From Bacteroidales bacterium (GTDB lineage Bacteria; Bacteroidota; Bacteroidia; Bacteroidales; Paludibacteraceae), in NCBI GenBank assembly GCA_900767385.1, contig CAAFYY010000011.1, positions 1,358 through 65,357 on the forward strand: a stretch of DNA of 64,000 bases, in the 5' to 3' direction. The notes under the pieces are model-generated. The model searched no databases. It was not told where the DNA came from and saw nothing but the letters and a program-made list of their open reading frames with translations. Made by a program: the position numbers and the translations under genes. Below, piece after piece: positions 1-9,910 of the stretch. Position 1 is the first letter of the stretch, and every line of letters starts with the position of its first letter.

Positions 1-363
1 AAATTCGAAGGCTCTGGCCATCACGATGTCATGCTTTGCGAGCGCGGCACGTCATTTGGCTACGGCCGCTTGGTGGTCGACTTCACCGGTCTGCCGGAGA
101 TGCGTTCCTTGGGCTATCCTGTGGTGTTCGACGCCACACACGCCGTTCAACAACCGGGCGGAACCATCACACGCGGCAATCGCGAGATGGTGCCTTTCCT
201 CATCAATGCCGCCTGCTCTGTTGGCATCGATGCAATCTTTGCCGAGGTACACCCAGATCCCGACAACGCCTGGAGCGATGCCGCCAACCAAATGCGACTC
301 GACACGCTGGAACAGGTGCTCCAACGCGCCATCGACATCGACAACATCACAAAACAGCTATGA
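1..363 (+). CDS. kdsA: 3-deoxy-8-phosphooctulonate (KDO-8-P) synthase, C-terminal fragment (5' end outside window)
   Basis: The ORF 31..363 frame is open to the window edge. The sequence ...YPVVFDATHAVQQPGG...AEVHPDPDNAWSD... is typical of KdsA. Its stop overlaps the next start (ATGA at 360-363). Confidence 0.85.
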   Translation, partial: KFEGSGHHDVMLCERGTSFGYGRLVVDFTGLPEMRSLGYPVVFDATHAVQQPGGTITRGNREMVPFLINAACSVGIDAIFAEVHPDPDNAWSDAANQMRLDTLEQVLQRAIDIDNITKQL

Positions 364-1340
364 CAACAAACATCAACATCATAGAACGTGCCCGCGAGGT
401 GTTCTGCTCCGAACAGGAGGAGATCGGCTACGTGCTCAACCATCTTGACGACACGTTCCGCCAAGTGGTGGAACTGATTCTCCACTCCACTGGCAAGGTG
501 GTCATCTCTGGCATCGGCAAGACCGGTCTCATCGGCCGCAAGATAGCCGCATCGCTCGCCTCCACAGGCACACAGGCCATCTTCCTCAACGCCGCAGAAG
601 CACAGCACGGCGACCTCGGCATGGTGTCAAAAGGGGACATCGTTGTCCTTATCTCCAACAGTGGCGAGTCGGAGGAGATTGTCCGCCTGCCATCGCCGCT
701 GAAACGGCTCGGCTGCACCCTCGTAGCGATGACCGGCATGCCACATTCAACCCTTGCACAACAGTGTGACTACGTCCTCAATGTCGGTGTCCGCAAGGAG
801 GCATGCAAAATCGGACTTGCCCCAACGACTTCAACGACAGCCACCCTGGTGATGGGCGACGCCCTCACCGTCTGTCTCATGGAGGCACGCAACTTCCGCC
901 CCGAGAACTTCGCCCTCTACCACCCGGGCGGCGCCCTCGGACGACGCATGCTGACCCACGTCAGCGAGGTGATGGGCACCGTCGTTCCTACCGTCAGCGA
1001 GGCAACGATATTCCGCGATGTGCTCGTGGAAGTGAGCAGCAAGAAACTCGGTATGACGCTTGTCGGAGACAACAACGGTAGCTTCACCGGCATCATCACC
1101 GACGGCGATATCCGCAGAGTGGTGCAACGCGTGGACGACTTCCAACAACTGAAGGCTGGAGATTTCATGACCAAAGGGTTCAAGAGCATCGACAAAGAAA
1201 AGATGGTCAACGACGCCCTCGACCTCATGAACCGTCATAAGATCACCACCCTTGCCGTCACCGATGGCGAAGGCGACAACGCCCCCATCATCGGCATTCT
1301 CCATATCCACGACATCTATGGTTTCACCAAAAACAAATAA
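360..1340 (+). CDS. kdsD: arabinose-5-phosphate isomerase (SIS + 2xCBS), KdsD/KpsF family
   Basis: Lies in the frame of ORF 36..1340, with the sensible start at ATG 360 (MTTNINIIERARE). Has an SIS motif VISGIGKTGLIGRKIAASLASTG and a C-terminal CBS pair. Adjacent to kdsA. Confidence 0.85.
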   Translation: MTTNINIIERAREVFCSEQEEIGYVLNHLDDTFRQVVELILHSTGKVVISGIGKTGLIGRKIAASLASTGTQAIFLNAAEAQHGDLGMVSKGDIVVLISNSGESEEIVRLPSPLKRLGCTLVAMTGMPHSTLAQQCDYVLNVGVRKEACKIGLAPTTSTTATLVMGDALTVCLMEARNFRPENFALYHPGGALGRRMLTHVSEVMGTVVPTVSEATIFRDVLVEVSSKKLGMTLVGDNNGSFTGIITDGDIRRVVQRVDDFQQLKAGDFMTKGFKSIDKEKMVNDALDLMNRHKITTLAVTDGEGDNAPIIGILHIHDIYGFTKNK

Positions 1341-1344
1341 CCTC

Positions 1345-1782
1345 ATGAAAAGAATAATCTCTTTGATCTGCTTTGCCGCCATCGCCCTCTGCGCTATGGC
1401 TCAAGAAGGCATTGTAGGACGCTGGACAACTATCGACGACAAAACCGGCGAGCCACGCGGTGTGGTTCGTATCTACAAAGGTACCGACGGACTCTACTAC
1501 GGCAAGATAGAGAAACTCTACGTACCAGAAGAGTATCAAGACGTAGTCTGCGAGAAATGTAAAGGCGCCGACCACAACAAGACTATCCTCGGCATGGTGA
1601 TCCTCCGCGGCATGAAAGCCGAAGGCAACACCCTGTTTGGCGGCTCACTCCTCGACCCCGAGAGCGGCAACTTCTATCACGGCAAGATCACCCTCGAGAA
1701 AGACGGACGTCTGAAGCTGCGCGGCTCTATCGATAAGGCTGGCGTGCTCGGTCGCACACAATATTGGAAAAAAGCTCAATAA
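1345..1782 (+). CDS. DUF2147-family secreted protein
   Basis: Internal start MKRIISLICFAAIALCAMAQ provides a signal peptide. GRWTTIDDKTGEPRGVVRIY...GGSLLDPESGNFYHGKITL resembles DUF2147. Confidence 0.65.
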   Translation: MKRIISLICFAAIALCAMAQEGIVGRWTTIDDKTGEPRGVVRIYKGTDGLYYGKIEKLYVPEEYQDVVCEKCKGADHNKTILGMVILRGMKAEGNTLFGGSLLDPESGNFYHGKITLEKDGRLKLRGSIDKAGVLGRTQYWKKAQ

Positions 1783-1794
1783 ACACCTACCACC

Positions 1795-3078
1795 TTGGCA
1801 GTCAATAAGCGAAAAATCATCAACGATCCGGTCTTCGGATTCATCACGATACCCGATGAGATGCTCTACGATATCGTGGAGCACCCCTATTTCCAACGCC
1901 TCAACCGCATCAAGCAGTTGGGACTCGCCTCCTATGTCTACCCTGGTGCACAGCATACCCGCTTCCAACACTCACTGGGAGCACTCCATCTGATGACAGA
2001 AGCCATCAAACAGCTGCGCAGCAAAGGACATGAGATCTCACAAGAAGAGGCCGACGGCGTGATGGCTGCCATCCTGCTCCATGACGTCGGACATGGTCCG
2101 TTCTCACACGTTCTGGAAAACACCCTCTTCAGCGGCATCACTCACGAGGAGATCTCGCTCCGACTGATGGAGATCATCAACAAGGAGATGGGCGGCCGAC
2201 TCTCGCTGGCCATCGAGATTTTCTGCGACCGCTATCCAAGGAGGTTCCTGCATCAGCTGATCAGCAGTCAGCTCGACATGGACCGCCTCGACTATCTCCG
2301 ACGCGACTGCTTCTACACCGGCGTGGTGGAGGGCGAGATTGGCTCCGCCCGTATCATCAAGATGCTTGACGTCTGCAACGACCGCCTCGTCGTGGAGCGC
2401 AAGGGCATCTATTCTATAGAGAACTTCCTGATTGCCCGCCGTTTCATGTACTGGCAGGTCTATCTCCACAAGACATCGCTCGGTGCGGAGGAGCTGCTTA
2501 TCCGCGTGCTCCGTCGCGCCAAAGAACTTTGTATGCGAGGCGAAGAGGTGTTCGCAACCCCTGCTCTCCACTATTTCTTGGAGAAGGAGCGCAATGCCGA
2601 GTCGTTCGACAACGATGCTCAGGCACTCAAGCACTTCACCAACCTCGACGACTCCGACCTCTTCTCAGCCATCAAGGTCTGGCAGGAACATCCCGACCGT
2701 ATCCTCTCGATGCTCAGCAGCCATTTGATGAACCGCGTACTGATGAAGGTGATGCCTCTCCACGAGACGCTTCTGCCAGCCCAGGAGAAGGCACTCCAGC
2801 AACACTATGCCCAGATGTTCAACATCAGCGAGACTGAGGGCTCCTACCTCTACGCCCAGCGCATCGTCAAGCAGAGCACCTACGACACCGGCGACAGCAG
2901 CATCGGCATCCTCTTCGGCGACGACGAGGTACGCGAACTCTCGCAGGTGGGCGACAGCATGAATCCTACTATTCTCAACCATAAGACAACACGCGCATTC
3001 CTCTGCTATATCCCTGTAGAGGGACTGCCGCTCCCCAAACGGCTCGACCCGTTTGCCGAGGAAAACAACGATAAATAA
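1795..3078 (+). CDS. HD-domain phosphohydrolase (dGTPase/SAMHD1-like superfamily)
   Basis: HD signature RFQHSLG...[13 protein letters not shown]...[11 protein letters not shown]. The start appears to be TTG at 1795, because the conserved N-terminus [11 protein letters not shown] follows immediately. Confidence 0.75.
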   Translation: MAVNKRKIINDPVFGFITIPDEMLYDIVEHPYFQRLNRIKQLGLASYVYPGAQHTRFQHSLGALHLMTEAIKQLRSKGHEISQEEADGVMAAILLHDVGHGPFSHVLENTLFSGITHEEISLRLMEIINKEMGGRLSLAIEIFCDRYPRRFLHQLISSQLDMDRLDYLRRDCFYTGVVEGEIGSARIIKMLDVCNDRLVVERKGIYSIENFLIARRFMYWQVYLHKTSLGAEELLIRVLRRAKELCMRGEEVFATPALHYFLEKERNAESFDNDAQALKHFTNLDDSDLFSAIKVWQEHPDRILSMLSSHLMNRVLMKVMPLHETLLPAQEKALQQHYAQMFNISETEGSYLYAQRIVKQSTYDTGDSSIGILFGDDEVRELSQVGDSMNPTILNHKTTRAFLCYIPVEGLPLPKRLDPFAEENNDK

Positions 3079-3089
3079 ATTATTCAACG

Positions 3090-4142
3090 ATGGAATTTAC
3101 AGCGAAACAGATTGCCGAGTTTCTCGGTGGCAAGGTAGAGGGCAACGGCGATGTCCGTGTCTCCGACTTCGCCAAGATTGAAGAGGGCCGCCCAGGAGCG
3201 CTCTCCTTCCTCTCCAATCCAAAGTATACGCATTATATCTACTCAACACAGAGTTCAATCGTATTGGTCAACAACGACTTCAAAGCCGAGCAGTCTATCA
3301 GCGCCACGCTGATTCGCGTGCCTGATGCCTACGGCGCAATCGCCCAGCTGCTGACGCTCGTGCAGAGCATGCAGGCACCACGCACCGGCATCGACGTCCG
3401 CGCCTATGTGGCTGAGGGTGCCACGGTGGAAGAGGGAGCCTATGTCGGCGCCTTCGCTGTCGTTGAGCAGGGTGCACATATCTGCAAGAACGCACGCATC
3501 TATCCACACGCCTTCGTGGGCGAGGGATGCACCGTTGGCGAAGACTCCATTGTCTACGCCCACGTCACCCTCTACGACCACACCGAGGTGGGCAAGCGCT
3601 GCATCATCCATGCAGGCGCTGTCATCGGTGCCGACGGCTTCGGCTTCGCACCCGACGCAGAGGGCCGCTATCATAAGATTCCACAAATCGGTCATGTGAA
3701 GATTGACGACGACGTAGAGATCGGCGCCAACACCACCATCGACCGCGCCACGATGGGCGTCACCCATATCGCACAGGGTGTGAAACTCGACAACCTCGTT
3801 CAGATTGCCCACAACGTGGAGGTCGGCGAGCACACCGCCATGGCAGCACAGACTGGCGTGGCTGGCTCAGCCAAGATTGCCCCACACTGCATCTTCGCCG
3901 GACAGGTGGGCGTAGCCGGACACATCGAGGTGGCACAAGGCTCTATCTTCGGTGCGCAGACCGGCGTGGCAGGTTCGGTAAAGGAACCTGGCAAGATATG
4001 GCAAGGCTCACCAGCGATGCCAGTAGGCACCTTCCGCCGCTCTGCCATCGCACAGCGTCAGACACCAGAGCTGCTTCAAGAGTTCCAGGCACTAAAGAAA
4101 GAGGTGGCACGACTCTCAGCACTCTTTGAAGAAAAGCAATAA
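3090..4142 (+). CDS. lpxD: UDP-3-O-acylglucosamine N-acyltransferase
   Basis: 350 aa with left-handed beta-helix hexapeptide repeats throughout and an LpxD-type N-terminal domain. Sits in an lpxD-lpxC/fabZ-lpxA cluster. Confidence 0.9.
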   Translation: MEFTAKQIAEFLGGKVEGNGDVRVSDFAKIEEGRPGALSFLSNPKYTHYIYSTQSSIVLVNNDFKAEQSISATLIRVPDAYGAIAQLLTLVQSMQAPRTGIDVRAYVAEGATVEEGAYVGAFAVVEQGAHICKNARIYPHAFVGEGCTVGEDSIVYAHVTLYDHTEVGKRCIIHAGAVIGADGFGFAPDAEGRYHKIPQIGHVKIDDDVEIGANTTIDRATMGVTHIAQGVKLDNLVQIAHNVEVGEHTAMAAQTGVAGSAKIAPHCIFAGQVGVAGHIEVAQGSIFGAQTGVAGSVKEPGKIWQGSPAMPVGTFRRSAIAQRQTPELLQEFQALKKEVARLSALFEEKQ

Positions 4143-4173
4143 AACGAAGAAAAAGTAAAACAAACAACATATT

Positions 4174-5556
4174 ATGGCAAAACAACAAACCATAGGCGCC
4201 TCTATCTCCCTCTCAGGTAAGGGATTGCACACTGGCGCAGCTATCCACCTCACCATCCTTCCAGGAGAGGTAAACACAGGTCGCGTATTCCAACGCATGG
4301 ACCTCGAAGGCCAACCTCTCGTCGAGGCATTGGCAGAGAATGTATCAAAGACAAACCGTGGCACCGTATTGGCCAAAGGTGGCGTTGAGGTATGCACCGT
4401 AGAGCACTGCCTCTCCGCACTCTATGCTCTCGGCATCGACAACGCCCTCATCCAATTGGACGGCGCCGAACTCCCTATCCTCGACGGCAGCGCAACTGCT
4501 TATGTTGAGGCTATCGCCGCTGCAGGCATCCAAGAACAGGAGGCCGACCGCGAAGACTTCGTCGTAACACAAAAGATTGAATATAGCAACGAGGAGACTG
4601 GCACCAAGATCATGATTCTGCCAGACGACCACCTGAGTCTTCAGGTGCAGGTGGAATACGACTCCCCTGTTGTCAACAACCAATTCGCCAACCTTGAAGA
4701 CATGGCCGACTACGGCAAGGAGATTGCCTCTGCCCGCACCTTCGTCTTCGTTCGTGAGTTGGCTCCATTGGCAGAGCTCGGTCTCATCAAGGGTGGCGAC
4801 CTCGACAACGCCCTCGTTATCTACGATCAGGAGATGAAGGCGGAAGAGCTCAAAGCCGTTGCCGACCTCCTCGGCAAGCCTTGTCCAGAGGCCAACGCCC
4901 TCGGCTACCTCGGCACTGCGCCAACACGCGCCAACGAGCCTGCACGCCACAAACTCCTTGACCTCATCGGCGACCTCTCGCTCCTCGGCATCCGCCTCGT
5001 GGGCCGCGTCATCGCTCAGATGCCAGGCCACACCGGCAACACCGCCTTCGCCAAGAAGATGCGCAAAGACATCAAACGCATGGAGACAGCCACCCCAATC
5101 TACCGCCCAGAGGATGCCCCATTGATGGATGTCAACCGCATCAAGCAGTTGCTCCCACACCGCTACCCATTCCTCCTCGTCGACAAAGTGGTAAGTCGCG
5201 ACGAGACCTCCATCGTTACCGTCAAGAACATCACCTTCAACGAGATGCAGTTCCTCGGCCACTTCCCAGAAGAGCCAGTGATGCCAGGCGTGCTCCAAGT
5301 GGAGGCCATGGCACAGAGCGCCGGTCTGCTCGTTCTCTCACAAGTGGAGGACCCAGAGCGCTACTCTACCTACTTCTTGAAAATCAACAACGTGAAATTC
5401 CGCAATAAAGTCGTTCCGGGCGACACCATGGTGATGAAGGTGATGCTGACCTCACCAATCCGTCGTGGCTTGAGCGATATCAAGGGTTATGTCTTTGTCG
5501 GTGGCAAAATCGTTACCGAGGCAGAGATGGTAGCTCAGATTGTGAAGAATAAGTAA
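4174..5556 (+). CDS. lpxC: bifunctional UDP-3-O-acyl-GlcNAc deacetylase / 3-hydroxyacyl-ACP dehydratase
   Basis: The N-terminal half is LpxC-like (ISLSGKGLHTG..., HKLLDLIGDL). The C-terminal ~150 aa are FabZ-like (LPHRYPFLLVDKV...FLGHFPEEPVMPGVL). This fusion is typical of Bacteroidota. Confidence 0.9.
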   Translation: MAKQQTIGASISLSGKGLHTGAAIHLTILPGEVNTGRVFQRMDLEGQPLVEALAENVSKTNRGTVLAKGGVEVCTVEHCLSALYALGIDNALIQLDGAELPILDGSATAYVEAIAAAGIQEQEADREDFVVTQKIEYSNEETGTKIMILPDDHLSLQVQVEYDSPVVNNQFANLEDMADYGKEIASARTFVFVRELAPLAELGLIKGGDLDNALVIYDQEMKAEELKAVADLLGKPCPEANALGYLGTAPTRANEPARHKLLDLIGDLSLLGIRLVGRVIAQMPGHTGNTAFAKKMRKDIKRMETATPIYRPEDAPLMDVNRIKQLLPHRYPFLLVDKVVSRDETSIVTVKNITFNEMQFLGHFPEEPVMPGVLQVEAMAQSAGLLVLSQVEDPERYSTYFLKINNVKFRNKVVPGDTMVMKVMLTSPIRRGLSDIKGYVFVGGKIVTEAEMVAQIVKNK

Positions 5557-5611
5557 CGGATTTGTACAGACCAACAACTTCTAACCATTTCACTCACTAT
5601 TTACAACCGTT

Positions 5612-6379
5612 ATGATTCATCCGCTCTCATACGTTGACCCTACAGCCAGCGTTGACCCTACAGCCATCATCGACCCTTTTGCCGTGGTGATGGGCGACGC
5701 TGTCATCGGTCCTCACTGTCACCTCCACCCACATGCCGTGGTCTACGACCACACCACTCTGGGTGAGGGTTGCGAAGTGTTTCCAGGCGCTGCCATCGGC
5801 GGCATCCCTCAAGACCTGAAGTTTCAGGGCGAGGAGACACGCACCGTGATTGGCAGTCACTGCGTCTTCCGCGAGTGCTCCACCGTTCACCGCGGCACAG
5901 CCTCCAAAGGGGAGACCGTCATCGGCAACCACAACCTCGTGATGGCTTATTGCCACGTGGCTCACGACTGCCGACTCGGCAATCATATCATCATGTCGAA
6001 TGCGACCCAACTCGCTGGCGAGGTCATCGTCGGCGACTATGCCGTATTGGGCGGCGGTTCGCTCATCCATCAGTTCTCCCGCATCGGTGCCCATGTGATG
6101 CTCCAGGGCGGCTCGAGAGTCAACAAAGACCTCCCGCCATTCACCACCGTAGGCCGTGAGCCTATCACCTTTGCTGGCATCAACTCCGTGGGTATGCGCC
6201 GTCGCGGATTCACCCAAGAGGATGTGGAGGAGGTCAACAAGATCTACCACGTTGTCTACCAAAGCGGCCTGCTGCTCAAAGAGGCGATTGCGAAGATTGA
6301 GGATACCATCGCGCCAAGCAATGTCAGAGAAGAGATTCTCTCTTTCCTCCGCTGCGCCGACCGCGGCATCGTCCGTTAG
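5612..6379 (+). CDS. lpxA: acyl-ACP--UDP-N-acetylglucosamine O-acyltransferase
   Basis: 255 aa with a hexapeptide-repeat N-terminus plus an LpxA-type helical C-terminus (INSVGMRRRGF...). Consistent cluster context. Confidence 0.9.
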   Translation: MIHPLSYVDPTASVDPTAIIDPFAVVMGDAVIGPHCHLHPHAVVYDHTTLGEGCEVFPGAAIGGIPQDLKFQGEETRTVIGSHCVFRECSTVHRGTASKGETVIGNHNLVMAYCHVAHDCRLGNHIIMSNATQLAGEVIVGDYAVLGGGSLIHQFSRIGAHVMLQGGSRVNKDLPPFTTVGREPITFAGINSVGMRRRGFTQEDVEEVNKIYHVVYQSGLLLKEAIAKIEDTIAPSNVREEILSFLRCADRGIVR

Positions 6380-6403
6380 TCACGACATATACAACGACAC
6401 AGA

Positions 6404-6438
6404 AAGCCGTTCCCGGAGTCTCTGGGAACGGCTTTTCT
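6404..6438 (+). terminator. rho-independent terminator after lpxA
   Basis: Stem AGCCGTTCCC / GGGAACGGCT around an 8-nt loop, followed by TTTTCT. Confidence 0.6.
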
Positions 6439-6554
6439 ATATTTTATATATTGTATTCACTGCTGTCAATCCAACCACCGACAACGCTCCTCCCACTTTA
6501 GGGAGTAGGGGGCAAAGGATACGACGGACGTTGATGGGCTCCGAGTCTTGAGGT

Positions 6555-7430
6555 CTATACCTCTGCTTGGTCAACCACCACGCGCAACTGCTGCGGACGG
6601 ATGCTGACCTCAAAGGAGCTGGGGGCAACGAAGCTGTCGCCATCGCGGTGGATGGGTCCCGACTGCTCGCGGACGACCTCCACAATCTTCCCTGTGAGGC
6701 ACTCTGCCTGAGCACATTGACGCACCTTGCCGGCGAAGAGGGTATAGACCAGTTTGGGGACTTGATAGAGGTGGAAGGGCTTGACGACGACGATGTCGAG
6801 GAGTCCGTCGGCCACGGAGGCTCCGGCAGCGATGCGGGCGTTGTTTCCCCATTGGTTGGCGTTGCAGACGGATATCATGGCTGCCGCTCCTTGCCATCGC
6901 ACCTCGCCGTCGATGGTGAGGATGTAGCGCTCGGGAACGAAGTGGCGCCACGCCTTGAAGGCCTCAGCGACATAGGTGGAGAGACCGCGTTGGGCGGCGT
7001 TGGCGAAGCGGTGACTGACGATGGCATCGAGGCCCATGCCACAGGAGCAGAAGAAGGGTTTTCCGTTGCAGAGGGCATAGTCCATAACGACTGTATGTCC
7101 GTGAAAGACAGTGTGTAGTGCCTGTTCCGGATCGCGACTCAGTCCGAGGTGGAGAGCCAGTCCGTCGCCGCTGCCGCAAGGGACGATGGCGAGCGCTTTG
7201 GTGGTACCGACGAGGGCGCGTGCGACCTCGTTGACGGTGCCATCGCCACCCACCGCCACGACGATGTCGGCATCGGTCTGGGCAGCCAGTTCTTCGGCAT
7301 GACCAGCGTAGGCGGTCTCCAACACCTCGACAGAGGCATCGGCAGCCGACAACTCACGAATCCGTTCGATGATGCGTTGCTTGCCCTTGGTGCCTGCGAT
7401 GGGATTGACGATAAAAACAATCTTCTTCAT
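6555..7430 (-). CDS. diacylglycerol/lipid kinase family protein (YegS/BmrU-like)
   Basis: MKKIVFIVNPIAG... and the VAVGGDGTVNEV motif. ORF 6555..7457 has an earlier ATG, but MKKIVF (7430) fits the family N-terminus better. Confidence 0.8.
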   Translation of the reverse strand: MKKIVFIVNPIAGTKGKQRIIERIRELSAADASVEVLETAYAGHAEELAAQTDADIVVAVGGDGTVNEVARALVGTTKALAIVPCGSGDGLALHLGLSRDPEQALHTVFHGHTVVMDYALCNGKPFFCSCGMGLDAIVSHRFANAAQRGLSTYVAEAFKAWRHFVPERYILTIDGEVRWQGAAAMISVCNANQWGNNARIAAGASVADGLLDIVVVKPFHLYQVPKLVYTLFAGKVRQCAQAECLTGKIVEVVREQSGPIHRDGDSFVAPSSFEVSIRPQQLRVVVDQAEV

Positions 7431-7973
7431 AAGGACTGCAAAGGTATCATTTTCCATAGAAACGGCGTTTGACGATAGCGGGATTTTTTCTATGAAAGTC
7501 GGAAGTGGGTTGGTCGTCAGGACGGCAGCAAAACGAAAAAGTGGAAATCACATGGATTATTTGGGTTCGGAAAGCAAACTGAGAGAATCAGTTTCGCTTC
7601 TTCCGATGCTGCAACAGAACTCGCCGCCACCATTCGGCAGCACCCGTTTTTATCTGAAAAAAATCAAAAACCAATCGTGCGGTCGCCACCCTGATTGACG
7701 AACCCTCCGAGACCGTTTACCAACACGCAGTGAGCTCTTGAAATTCAAGAAAATGGTTTGACCCAAGACAAAATTTTACCAAAATTCTCATTCACAACCG
7801 ATAAAAAACACCCCCTCAGTCCCGATTTTGGGGTCGGAGCGGGCGAGGTTTTCCACAATTTCTTCCCCCACCAGACCCGTGTTCTCGCCCCACTTTTGCA
7901 ATAAAAATTCGTATAACACTGATTTACACAATAATAGAACAAAACAAAATCTATCTCACCGCCCACTTAGGGT

Positions 7974-8043
7974 TGTGGAAAACTATGGGAAAAGCGTATG
8001 AAAATCGGTTTGAAAAAAAGTTGTGGGGTAATGTGGGGAAAAC
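7974..8043 (+). promoter_or_regulatory. candidate MraZ operator: two pairs of TGTGG/TGGG-type direct repeats with 10-bp phasing
   Basis: TGTGGAAAAC (7974) and TATGGGAAAA (7984); TGTGGGGTAA (8022) and TGTGGGGAAAAC (8032). Each pair is exactly 10 bp apart, and the array sits 40-110 bp upstream of the mraZ ATG. Confidence 0.4.
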
Positions 8044-8085
8044 GAATGATTTGTGTTAATTTTACATCGCAAAAAATTCAGTTTC

Positions 8086-8541
8086 ATGTTCGTAGGAAAA
8101 ATAGAAGCCAAAACAGACGCGAAAGGGCGTGTTTTCGTCCCTGCAGCGATGCGCCGTCAGCTCTCTGACGACAGCGTCGTGATGCGCCGCGATCCCAACA
8201 GACGCTGTTTGGTGCTCTTCCCGACCGAAGTTTTTGAACGCAAGGCACAGGAGATGATGACCCGCCTCGACACCGAGTGGAACCCACAGGATCAGCAACT
8301 GCTGATGGAGTTCACCGCCGACGTCGAGCAGATGCCTATCGACGCTCAGGGCCGCATCCTCCTCAACAAATCCAACCTCGACTACCTCGGCGCCTCCACC
8401 ACGCTCCTCTTCGTGGGCATGATGGATCGCATCGTGGTCTGGGACGCTGAGACCTTCAACGCCCAGCGCATGGATACCACCGCTTTTGCACAAGCTCTCA
8501 ACGAACGAATGGGACGACACGAGACCAGCCAACAACAGTAA
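8086..8541 (+). CDS. mraZ: division/cell wall cluster transcriptional regulator MraZ
   Basis: MFVGKIEAKTDAKGRVFVPAAMRRQL... and a second repeat IDAQGRILLNKSNL (two SpoVT/AbrB-like halves). It is the first gene of the dcw cluster. Confidence 0.9.
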   Translation: MFVGKIEAKTDAKGRVFVPAAMRRQLSDDSVVMRRDPNRRCLVLFPTEVFERKAQEMMTRLDTEWNPQDQQLLMEFTADVEQMPIDAQGRILLNKSNLDYLGASTTLLFVGMMDRIVVWDAETFNAQRMDTTAFAQALNERMGRHETSQQQ

Positions 8542-8545
8542 CGCC

Positions 8546-9469
8546 ATGAACAACGAGACAGCCACACCAACCTACCACGTGCCAGTGATGCTCAACGAGA
8601 CACTCGATGCCCTCGACATCCAACCCAACGGCATCTATGTTGATGTGACCTTCGGCGGCGGCGGACACTCCAACGCCATCCTCCAACGTCTCGGCAAAGA
8701 GGGACACCTCTACAGCTTCGACCAAGACACCGACGTCTGCGGCCATCTCCCACAGGACGACCGCTTCACCTTCGTTCACGGCAACTTCCGTTTCGTTCGC
8801 AACTTCCTCCGCTATCACGGCGTAGACAAGATAGACGGACTCCTCGCCGACCTCGGCGTATCGAGTCACCACTTCGACGATGAAGAACGCGGATTCTCCT
8901 TCCGCTTCGACGGTCCGCTCGACATGCGTATGAACCAGTGGGCCACACAGACCGCCGCCACCGTAGTCAACACCTACGAGGCAGAGGAACTCGCCAAGAT
9001 GTTCCGCAACTACGGCGAACTCTCGCAGGCCAACCGCATCGCACAACGCCTCGTGGCTGCCCGTGCCACACAGCCCGTTGAGACCATCAGCCAGTTGCTC
9101 GACATCGTCAAACCGCTCATCTCACCCAAGCACGAGAAGAAGGAACTGGCACAGCTCTTCCAAGCACTCCGCATCGAGGTGAACCACGAGCTGAAAGCCC
9201 TTGAGACACTCCTCAACACCCTCCCAGTGATACTCAAGCCGGAGGGCAAGGCGGTGTTCCTCACCTACCACTCGCTGGAAGACCGCATGGTGAAGAATTT
9301 CTTCAAGAGCGGCAACATCGACGGCAAGGTGGAGAAAGATTTCTACGGTCGCGTGCAGGCTCCGATGAAAGCTGTCGGCAAACAGCAGACCGCCTCAGAC
9401 GAAGAACAGGAGACCAACCCACGCTCACGCAGCGCCCGACTCCGAGTCGGCATGCTCAACAACGACTAA
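8546..9469 (+). CDS. rsmH: 16S rRNA (cytosine1402-N4)-methyltransferase
   Basis: YHVPVMLNETLDAL, VDVTFGGGGHS and SHHFDD motifs. Internal ATG 8546 lies just after the mraZ stop. Confidence 0.9.
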   Translation: MNNETATPTYHVPVMLNETLDALDIQPNGIYVDVTFGGGGHSNAILQRLGKEGHLYSFDQDTDVCGHLPQDDRFTFVHGNFRFVRNFLRYHGVDKIDGLLADLGVSSHHFDDEERGFSFRFDGPLDMRMNQWATQTAATVVNTYEAEELAKMFRNYGELSQANRIAQRLVAARATQPVETISQLLDIVKPLISPKHEKKELAQLFQALRIEVNHELKALETLLNTLPVILKPEGKAVFLTYHSLEDRMVKNFFKSGNIDGKVEKDFYGRVQAPMKAVGKQQTASDEEQETNPRSRSARLRVGMLNND

Positions 9470-9493
9470 CCCACAAACAACAATAAAACCGAA

Positions 9494-9865
9494 ATGAAAT
9501 TCTTCAGCAAAATCAAAGACATCCGCGAGGAATATGCCACCGGCGAGCACAAGCCGAAGGGCCATTTCCAAGATTTCATGAATGGTGAGATTCTGGTCTC
9601 CGACAAGATGCGCCACCACCTGCCGTACATCTGCTTCTGCTTCTTCCTGGCGATGGCCTACATCAACAACAGCTACACCTACGAGCAGAACATCCGCGAA
9701 CGCCAGCAACTGGTGAAAGTGGCAACCGACATGAAGTACCGCTGTGTCGACGTCCACACCCAACTCACCTCCAAGGGACAGCGCACCCAACTGCTCCAAG
9801 ACCTCGAAGCACTCGGCAGCACCGTCGGCAACGCTCAGACACAACCCATCCTACTCAAGAAATAA
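9494..9865 (+). CDS. FtsL-like small bitopic cell-division protein
   Basis: 123 aa with a single TM segment (LPYICFCFFLAMAYI) followed by a coiled-coil-like region. Occupies the position between rsmH and ftsI. There is no strong sequence signature. Confidence 0.55.
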   Translation: MKFFSKIKDIREEYATGEHKPKGHFQDFMNGEILVSDKMRHHLPYICFCFFLAMAYINNSYTYEQNIRERQQLVKVATDMKYRCVDVHTQLTSKGQRTQLLQDLEALGSTVGNAQTQPILLKK

Positions 9866-9910
9866 CACATCGGCCCCCTAACAAAACAATTACAAAACAC
9901 ATCAACCACC

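Noticed and set aside
36-359. N-terminal 108-aa extension of the kdsD ORF (ORF 36..1340), overlapping kdsA in another frame.
   Set aside because: The extension is Arg/His-rich with no SIS-family similarity. ATG 360 gives the canonical ~326-aa KdsD and an ATGA stop/start overlap with kdsA.
7369-7966. ORFs 7369..7698(+) and 7745..7966(-) in the 0.65 kb region upstream of mraZ.
   Set aside because: There are no promoter boxes, no family resemblance and odd composition. The first overlaps the lipid kinase start region. The region is better treated as regulatory or non-coding.
7458-8085. The mraZ upstream region itself as the replication origin, given its several DnaA-box-like 9-mers.
   Set aside because: It has no AT-rich unwinding tract and its composition is ordinary. 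The 10-bp-phased repeats fit an MraZ operator better. It is kept only as a possible secondary DnaA- or MraZ-binding cluster.
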